Source: Candidatus Nomurabacteria bacterium
GTDB lineage: Bacteria; Patescibacteriota; Patescibacteriia; HK-STAS-PATE-3
Direction of reading: 5' to 3'
DNA: 64,000 bases
Assembly: GCA_023898465.1 (NCBI GenBank)
Contig: CP060223.1
Coordinates: 160,001 to 224,000, forward strand
The notes below the pieces were generated by a model, which worked only from the letters and a program-made list of their open reading frames with translations, made no database searches and was not told the DNA's origin. Positions within the stretch are counted from its first letter, which is position 1, and the number at the start of each line of letters is the position of its first letter. Of the stretch, positions 58,207-64,000 are shown one piece after another. The translations under genes and the position numbers were made by a program.

Positions 58207-59984
58207 GCGCTGCCCGACGTAGCAGCTCGGTTCAGGACGATTCCGTCTTAGGCATGCCTAGGGCGATTATTAATGACTTGGAAGAACGGGGATTAATCAG
58301 CGAGGAAACTCTAGCTCAATATGTAGAGCAGGCTAAAGCAAAGAAGTTTACCCTCGAACGGATTCTCTTAGATACTCGAGCAGTGAGGGAAGAGGATATC
58401 ACCAAAGCAAAGGGCAAGCTTTTTAACGTGCCCTATGTTGAGCTATTTGGAAAAATAGTACGCGCTGAGGTGCTGAATCTAATACCACAGGAGTTAGCGC
58501 AAAACTACAGCATGGTAGCCTTTAGCCGAGATGCTGATGAGCTATCTGTGGCAATGGTGAATCCATCTGACTTTAAGGCGCTAGAAGCAATTGAATTCAT
58601 TGCTCGTAAAAATCGCCTCAAATTAAAGTATTTCATTGCCTCGGAAACAGGCGTGAAGCACATATTGCAGCAATACGAGAGTCTTTCCGCTGAAGTTGAA
58701 GAAGCGCTCAAGGATACAGAGTCAGAAGGCGACGCAGAGGTAAAGTTAAACATTGCCGAGCCGGGCATGGAGGAGGTAATCCGCCAAGCTCCGGTTTCAA
58801 AGATGGTTTCGGTTATTATGCGACACGCAGTAGAGGGTAAAGCTTCTGACGTGCACATCGAGCCAGTCGGCAATGAATCTCGCATTCGCTATCGTATTGA
58901 TGGTGTGCTGCATACCTCGCTTGTGTTGCCAAAGCATGTCCATGCCTCAATCGTTGCGCGCATTAAGGTGCTGTCTAATTTGAAGATTGATGAAACGCGT
59001 GTGCCGCAAGATGGTCGCTTCCGCATGAATATTGACGGGAGAGATGTTGACTATCGTGTTTCTACACTGCCGCTCGTCAACCAAGAAAAAGTCGTGATGC
59101 GTATTCTCGACACTAGTGGCGCCATGACTGATTTGCAGGATTTGGGTTTCGACGGGCGCAATTACGAAATTATTCAGGAGAACATTGATAAATCCCACGG
59201 AATGATTTTAGTCACTGGTCCGACCGGTTCTGGTAAGTCAACCACCCTCTATGCCATTATGAGTCGCTTGAATGAGGAATCTGTGAATATTGTGACGCTG
59301 GAAGATCCGGTTGAATATTATATGAAAGGAGTAAACCAGTCACAAATTAATCCTGACGTTGGACTTACCTTTGCAGCAGGTTTGCGCTCCATCTTACGTC
59401 AGGACCCTGACATCGTCATGGTTGGAGAAATTCGGGATACTGAAACTGCAGATTTGGGTGTGCACGCCTCATTGACTGGTCACGTGGTACTCTCAACGCT
59501 TCACACCAACGACGCTTTTGGAGCAATACCGCGTTTTATTGACATGAAGATCGAACCATTCTTACTTGCTTCATCGCTCAATGTTGTCATTGCCCAACGC
59601 CTGGTCCGTCGTATTTGTCAGCATTGTACGACCACGATGGAGATACCGGCCGCCTTGCAAAAAGAGGTACAAGAGGGCTTAAAAGAATTAAAGCCTGAGC
59701 AGTTACCAAAAGGTATTAGTCTAAATTCGCCTAAGTTTTATCGAGGTAAAGGTTGTGTACGCTGTGAAAATACCGGCTATAAAGGCCGTGTTGCTATTGC
59801 TGAGGTGCTAGATATGACTGAAAATTTGAAGAAGGTGATCACTGGTGAACAGGCGAGAATTTTAGAGAACATTCACGAAGAATTTAATAGACAGGGCCTA
59901 TTAACCATGAAGCAGGATGGCTTACTGAAGGCTCTGCGCGGCTTAACCACCATTGAAGAGGTGTGGGACGCTACCCGAGAATAA
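58203..59984 (+). CDS. pilB: Type IV pilus assembly ATPase PilB (GspE family), catalytically intact.
   Basis: Walker A is LVTGPTGSGKSTT. The Asp box is EDPVEY. Walker B is IVMVGEIRDTETA. The His box is GHVVLSTLHTNDA. The tetracysteine motif is CQHC...CVRC. It also has an N-terminal GSPII-type domain. Confidence 0.9.
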   Translation: MSAARRSSSVQDDSVLGMPRAIINDLEERGLISEETLAQYVEQAKAKKFTLERILLDTRAVREEDITKAKGKLFNVPYVELFGKIVRAEVLNLIPQELAQNYSMVAFSRDADELSVAMVNPSDFKALEAIEFIARKNRLKLKYFIASETGVKHILQQYESLSAEVEEALKDTESEGDAEVKLNIAEPGMEEVIRQAPVSKMVSVIMRHAVEGKASDVHIEPVGNESRIRYRIDGVLHTSLVLPKHVHASIVARIKVLSNLKIDETRVPQDGRFRMNIDGRDVDYRVSTLPLVNQEKVVMRILDTSGAMTDLQDLGFDGRNYEIIQENIDKSHGMILVTGPTGSGKSTTLYAIMSRLNEESVNIVTLEDPVEYYMKGVNQSQINPDVGLTFAAGLRSILRQDPDIVMVGEIRDTETADLGVHASLTGHVVLSTLHTNDAFGAIPRFIDMKIEPFLLASSLNVVIAQRLVRRICQHCTTTMEIPAALQKEVQEGLKELKPEQLPKGISLNSPKFYRGKGCVRCENTGYKGRVAIAEVLDMTENLKKVITGEQARILENIHEEFNRQGLLTMKQDGLLKALRGLTTIEEVWDATRE

Positions 59985-60009
59985 TTTTGCCAATAATTTT
60001 ATTACGCCT

Positions 60010-60420
60010 ATGACAAAGGCAACAAGTAGTGCAAAAGAGCAGTCAAAAAAGAAGAATCCCCAAGTGCTTATTGTGGAGGATGATACCTTCCTGTCTGGAA
60101 TGTACGTCACCAAACTTGAGCTAGAGGGGATTGATGTAGAGTTGGCCAGTGATGGTCAGCAGGCTATTAATGTCGTGCAGAAGAGGAGACCAGATGTCAT
60201 CCTGCTCGATGTGGTGATGCCTAAGATGTCGGGATTCGATGTCTTGACTTGGTTAAAAAAGACCAAAGAGACAAAAGATATCCCGGTTATCTTATTAACC
60301 AATTTGGGAGAGAAAGAAGACGTACAAAAAGGCTTGAAGCTTGGCGCTGTCGATTATCTCATCAAAGCACATTTCTTGCCATCAGAAGTGGTAGAAAAGA
60401 TTAAGCGTATTGTTCGCTAG
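60010..60420 (+). CDS. Stand-alone response-regulator receiver domain (CheY/PilH-like).
   Basis: The acidic pocket is LIVEDD. The phospho-acceptor lies in ILLDVVMP. A conserved Thr is in LLT and a Lys in YLIKA. There is no output domain. The start was chosen at MTKATSS to avoid overlap with pilB. Confidence 0.8.
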   Translation: MTKATSSAKEQSKKKNPQVLIVEDDTFLSGMYVTKLELEGIDVELASDGQQAINVVQKRRPDVILLDVVMPKMSGFDVLTWLKKTKETKDIPVILLTNLGEKEDVQKGLKLGAVDYLIKAHFLPSEVVEKIKRIVR

Positions 60421-60421
60421 C

Positions 60422-61498
60422 ATGCCCTCATCCGACACTATAGCTATTCAGAAAATTTTGGCCTCGGCGGCTGATTATGGAGCCTCTGATATTCACATTG
60501 TGCCAGGTAATCCACCGACCCTGCGCGTGGACGGTAAATTAGTGCCTTTAGAGAATGAAGTAGTGGTCACGCCGGACCTGATGACCGCTTTAGAAGAACT
60601 TTTACTTACCCCTGAGCAACGTGAGCGTTTCCATGCTGACAAGGAGCTTGTCACAGCAACCAGCTTAGAGAATCGCCAACGTTTTAAAGCCAGCTTTTTT
60701 TACCAAAAGGGTTTACCAGCCAGTTCGCTCCGTTTAATTGCCAGCCGACCAAAGTCTGTCCGAGATTTAGGCTTACCGGATAATATTGAGGACCTCGCCC
60801 GTTTGTCATCTGGACTCGTGGTTATTTCAGGTCCCTACGGATCAGGACGGTCTTCAACGGTGTCCGCCTTACTCCAAACAATTAATCAGCAGCGCGCCGC
60901 TCATGTGGTTACGATTGAGTGGCCGATTGAGCATCTGTTTGTCAACGAGAAGAGTATGATAGAGCAGCGTGAAGTAGGTCGTGACACACAATCGTTTACC
61001 AAGGCGATTGAAACGGCAACTCGAGAAGATGTGGATGTGGTGATGGTGTCTGAGATGGAGGATCCAAATGTGGTGCAGTCAGTGTTGCAAATTGCCTCGA
61101 CTGATCGTTTAGTCGTGAGTATGTTATTAGCCGATTCGGTGCCGCAAACGGTAGAAAAAATCCTTGACGCATATCCGGCTGAGGAACAGGAGCAGGCTCG
61201 ACGTATTTTTGCCGAACATCTGGGTGGTATCGTGTGTCAGCGTCTCTTACCGCGTGTGGGCGGCGGGCGCATTGTGGTAGCAGAAATCCTGCTGCCCACT
61301 GATCCGGTGCGCGCCCTTATTCGCGATGGGCAGATTGGTCAGCTCAAGACTATGCTACAAAGCTCCCAAGAGGAGGGATTAGTTTCTTTTGATCGTTATT
61401 TAGCCGCTTTAGTACGTAATGGTGAAATATTAGTTGATGATGCATTAGCCAATGCAAATGATCGGGCCGAGCTCTCAGCCGCCCTACGAGGACGATAA
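60422..61498 (+). CDS. pilT: PilT-family retraction ATPase homolog with degenerate catalytic motifs.
   Basis: It aligns along its full length with PilT (GASDIHIVPGNPPTLRVDG, NQREVGRDTQSF, AEEQEQ, GGGRIVVAEILL). However, Walker A is GPYGSGRSS (Lys replaced by Arg), the Asp box is EWPIEH instead of EDPIEF, and the His box is DRLVVSMLLAD instead of GHLVFGTLHT. The ATG at 60422 follows a TTG at 60410. Confidence 0.8.
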   Translation: MPSSDTIAIQKILASAADYGASDIHIVPGNPPTLRVDGKLVPLENEVVVTPDLMTALEELLLTPEQRERFHADKELVTATSLENRQRFKASFFYQKGLPASSLRLIASRPKSVRDLGLPDNIEDLARLSSGLVVISGPYGSGRSSTVSALLQTINQQRAAHVVTIEWPIEHLFVNEKSMIEQREVGRDTQSFTKAIETATREDVDVVMVSEMEDPNVVQSVLQIASTDRLVVSMLLADSVPQTVEKILDAYPAEEQEQARRIFAEHLGGIVCQRLLPRVGGGRIVVAEILLPTDPVRALIRDGQIGQLKTMLQSSQEEGLVSFDRYLAALVRNGEILVDDALANANDRAELSAALRGR

Positions 61499-61504
61499 TT
61501 ACTT

Positions 61505-62713
61505 ATGCCAAATTTTGAATATACTGCACGAGATAGTCAGGGAAATACCAGTACAGGTATTGTTGAAGCGCCAACTGAGAGCATAGCGCAGGATGTTTTG
61601 CGTGAACGCGGTTTGATAGTGACCGGTATTAGCGAGCGTCAGCGCAAAGCGCTTTTTCAAACCTCGCTGAACATATTTAATCGCGTGCCTCGTCGTGATG
61701 TCACTATTTTTTCACGGCAGCTGGCAGTGATGATTTCGGCCACGGTACCGATTGTGCAGGCTTTGCGTATCCTCGTGAAGCAGACAGAAAACGTAGCTTT
61801 TAAGATTATTATCTCAGAGGTTGCTGATGAGGTTGACGGTGGATCAAAGCTTTCCGCCACTTTAGGGAAGTATCCTCATGTGTTCAATGATTTCTTTGTG
61901 CACATGATTCGATCTGGTGAAACCACGGGTAAGTTGGATGAAACGCTCAACTATTTAGCTGATCAGCAGGAAAAAGACTACGATTTGATCTCTAAGATCA
62001 AAGGCTCGATGACCTATCCGGTCTTTATTCTGGGTGCTTTGGTGGCTGTCGGTATCCTTATGATGATTTTTGTGATTCCACAGCTGACCGATATCCTGAC
62101 AGCTGGTGGGCAAGAGCTGCCGATTATGACGCGAGCTTTAATCGCTACCTCGGCATTTTTGCAGACAAAGTGGTGGGTGTTGCTTATTGTGATTGCGCTT
62201 TTGTACGCGGCATATCGCTTTGTGGAGCGGTCTGAGCAAGGTCAAGACGTGATTGATCGCTTGAAGCTGCACTTCCCAATTTTTGGACAAATTTTTCAGC
62301 GTATTTACCTTGTCCGTTTCGCGCGCAGCTTATCAACCTTAATCTCCAGCGGCGTGCCAATTACTCGCTCACTCGAGATTGTGGCTGATGTGATTGATAA
62401 CCGTCTCTATCGTAAGTTAACCAAAGAGACTATTGAAGCAATTGAGGGAGGTAAATCTATCTCCTATGTCTTTGCGCAAAATAAAGATATCCCTCCTATG
62501 TTGACGCAGATGATGAGCATTGGTGAATCAACTGGTAAGCTTGATTTCATTTTAGAAAAGCTGGCAAATTTCTACAGTCGTGAGCTAGAAAACAACGTAG
62601 CAAACCTGGTTAGCCTGATCGAACCTTTGATTCTGGTGGTTATGGGTGTGGCAGTTGCCTTCCTCGTTATCGCTATTCTCTTGCCGATGTATAATTTGTC
62701 ATCAGCCATTTAG
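61505..62713 (+). CDS. pilC: Type IV pilus platform protein PilC (GspF family).
   Basis: A 402-aa ORF with two GspF-type repeats and three TM helices. The N-terminus is PNFEYTARDSQGNTSTGIVEA. Confidence 0.85.
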   Translation: MPNFEYTARDSQGNTSTGIVEAPTESIAQDVLRERGLIVTGISERQRKALFQTSLNIFNRVPRRDVTIFSRQLAVMISATVPIVQALRILVKQTENVAFKIIISEVADEVDGGSKLSATLGKYPHVFNDFFVHMIRSGETTGKLDETLNYLADQQEKDYDLISKIKGSMTYPVFILGALVAVGILMMIFVIPQLTDILTAGGQELPIMTRALIATSAFLQTKWWVLLIVIALLYAAYRFVERSEQGQDVIDRLKLHFPIFGQIFQRIYLVRFARSLSTLISSGVPITRSLEIVADVIDNRLYRKLTKETIEAIEGGKSISYVFAQNKDIPPMLTQMMSIGESTGKLDFILEKLANFYSRELENNVANLVSLIEPLILVVMGVAVAFLVIAILLPMYNLSSAI

Positions 62714-62892
62714 CTAAAGTTAGCCGAAAAAGTAGGGGATTTGTTGTCGAATGTGGAAAAGTAAGAACACTTGTTCGGTATTTGCAAAAATGGTACACTA
62801 CAACTGTACAAATTGCGTACACTAAAAGCCTCGGCATATTTCACGCGTGAAGTATGTACAACGGCAAAATGAAAGGGGGTGAGACAGAAAGA

Positions 62893-63459
62893 ATGAAAAA
62901 AGGATTCACACTTATTGAGCTCTTGGTCGTGATCGCGATCATCGGTATTTTGTCTGCAATTGGGCTCGTCTCACTAAACGGTGCACGTGAAAAGGCCCGT
63001 GACGCCCAAGCCAAGTCTGACCTTGGTCAGATGCGCACTGCGTTGACCTTGTTTGCTGATGATAACGGTGGAAGCTTTGTTGGAGTGCAGGTAGCAGGCG
63101 CAAGTAATACGCCTGATTGTTCTGGTGACACAAACGACGCCGGATCGACCGCAGCTGGTAATGATTAAGTGTGGGATAGCAACGACGGTTACCGATTATC
63201 TCTCAACCTATCTAAATTCACCACGAGCTTGGTTACTGGCGCGGACGCGTGCGAAGGTCGTTATGGTTATGTGGCAAATGAATTCAGCTGCTACCGTAAA
63301 CGACGCTGATGATTATGTGTTGTTCTATAGACCGAAACAGGTGATGGACAAAACTACTACAAGCTTAGCGCTGACGGGCAGTCGGTTGATTATTCAGATA
63401 ATGAAACAGGTGTTCCTACCTGTCCAAACACGGGTGCGGCTTGTACGCTAAATCCGTAA
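62893..63459 (+). pseudogene. Type IV pilin gene that has an intact prepilin N-terminus but is interrupted by in-frame stops and compensating frameshifts (pseudogene or silent-cassette-like).
   Basis: The class III signal is MKKGFTLIELLVVIAIIGILSAIGL. An in-frame TAA lies at 63166. The same frame then continues with pilin-like sequence (VWDSNDGYRLSL...GADACEGRYGYVANEFSC), matching GIWDGTGG...YGYVSNG of the downstream pilin. Further in-frame TGA, TGA and TAG lie at 63307-63330. The +1 frame carries DDYVLFY, similar to SDYGLYY in the neighbouring pilin. The original frame ends ...TGDGQNYYKLSADGQSVDYSDNETGVPTCPNTGAACTLNP* at 63459, just before a terminator. Confidence 0.65.
62959..63035 (+). repeat. 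77-nt segment perfectly identical to 63619..63695 (the conserved pilin N-terminal region).
   Basis: A direct nucleotide comparison of the two pilin genes shows the flanking codons differ at synonymous sites while these 77 nt are identical. Confidence 0.9.
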
Positions 63460-63470
63460 GGTTGATAAAC

Positions 63471-63500
63471 AAAAAAGGGGTGCTAGTTGACCCCTTTTTT
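63471..63500 (+). terminator. Rho-independent terminator (bidirectional hairpin).
   Basis: AAAAAAGGGG, loop tgctagttga, CCCCTTTTTT. This is a 10-bp perfect stem with A- and T-tracts, located 12 nt after the pilin-frame stop. Confidence 0.8.
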
Positions 63501-63552
63501 GTTTATTGTGCTATACTTACCGCATTGAAGCTTAAGTTAAAGGGGGTAGTTA

Positions 63553-64000
63553 ATGAAAAAAGGATTCACACTTATTGAGCTCCTAGTTGTTATCGCGATT
63601 ATTGGAGTACTTTCTGCTATTGGGCTCGTCTCACTAAACGGTGCACGTGAAAAGGCCCGTGACGCCCAAGCCAAGTCTGACCTTGGTCAGATGCGTACAG
63701 CATTAACTTTATTTGCTGACGATAGCGGTGGATATTATCCAGATGTACAAAGTGATAGTCCTGGTGTGCCAGATGAGAGCGCTCCCAATTTAACTGAGGG
63801 CGGTATTTGGGATGGCACCGGTGGGTCAATAATTCCAAGTTATCTATCAGCAGAACTTGAATCCGGCTCAAGTACTCCTTACGGTTATGTATCGAATGGA
63901 CTAGATGCTACTCCAAATGTATCTAGCGATTATGGGCTCTATTACTTGTTAGAATCTGGCGATGGAGCGCGCTACTACGTGCTTACTGCCAATGGAACAG
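63553..64000 (+). CDS. Type IV pilin (major pilin candidate), 3' end beyond the window.
   Basis: MKKGFTLIELLVVIAIIGVLSAIGLVSLNGAREKARDAQAKSDLGQMRTALTLFADD... with GGGGGT as a Shine-Dalgarno 6 nt upstream. The ORF is open to the end of the window. Confidence 0.85.
   Translation, partial: MKKGFTLIELLVVIAIIGVLSAIGLVSLNGAREKARDAQAKSDLGQMRTALTLFADDSGGYYPDVQSDSPGVPDESAPNLTEGGIWDGTGGSIIPSYLSAELESGSSTPYGYVSNGLDATPNVSSDYGLYYLLESGDGARYYVLTANGT

Noticed and set aside
62714-62892. A sigma54 (-24/-12) promoter upstream of the pilin, as found in many proteobacterial pilA genes.
   Set aside because: No GG-N10-GC arrangement with TGGCAC/TTGCA-like elements is present. Only the GTACAC repeats were found.
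63125-63451. ORF 63125..63451 (+) treated as an independent gene.
   Set aside because: It is the +1-frame piece of the decayed pilin region. Pilin-homologous segments are spread over two frames and separated by stops, so it is annotated as part of the pilin pseudogene.
62939-63871. Antisense ORFs 62939..63133 and 63617..63871, which share a ...WLGRHGPFHVHRLVRRAQ segment.
   Set aside because: They are reverse-complement shadows of the identical 77-nt pilin core, not a repeated antisense gene.
1-64000. Possibility of an alternative genetic code (UGA recoding, as in some CPR lineages) explaining the in-frame stops in the pilin.
   Set aside because: TGA cleanly terminates well-supported genes here (dsbA at 22449, the virB4 N-domain ORF at 16829). 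The pilin interruptions include TAA and TAG as well as frameshifts, so the standard code is retained.
1-64000. CRISPR arrays, integrases, transposases and IS elements.
   Set aside because: No regularly spaced direct repeats were seen. There are no DDE, tyrosine- or serine-recombinase motifs. The GIY-YIG ORF is a small YhbQ-like stand-alone domain, not a homing endonuclease or mobile element.

Overview
This 64 kb window has about 45% GC and uses the standard genetic code; TGA, TAA and TAG all terminate well-supported ORFs. It falls into three strand blocks.

Block 1 (1..24990, + strand) is one long, tightly packed operon. It starts with two giant cysteine-rich FN3/Ig-like surface proteins. A type IV secretion-like module follows: a VirB6-like polytopic membrane protein, a VirB3-like small membrane protein, and a VirB4 ATPase split into an N-terminal-domain ORF and an ATPase ORF. 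After that come a TM-anchored globular protein, two secreted proteins that share a nearly identical two-helix hydrophobic hairpin module (one of them fused to an SLT lytic transglycosylase), a TolB-like beta-propeller protein, a DsbA-like oxidoreductase, and RadA.

Block 2 (24987..40678, mostly - strand) is housekeeping: an HD hydrolase, RecG, MscS, a Na+/Ca2+ exchanger, a GIY-YIG protein, tRNA-Arg(GCG), tRNA-Ser(UGA), tRNA-Ser(GCU), GreA, ComFC, ClpC, HtpX, LemA, and membrane hypotheticals. The tRNAs carry an unusual pattern of short copies of their own ends.

Block 3 (40850..64000, + strand) has seven translationally coupled paralogous secreted proteins that share N-terminal and C-terminal signature motifs. 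They sit directly upstream of a type IV pilus operon: pilM, pilN, pilO, a small membrane ORF, pilB, a receiver-only response regulator, a catalytically degenerate pilT, pilC, and two tandem pilin genes. The first pilin is interrupted by in-frame stops and frameshifts.

The overall gene content (giant surface proteins, T4SS, T4P, competence-like genes, no metabolism) resembles an ultra-small CPR/Patescibacteria-like episymbiont. That is inference only.
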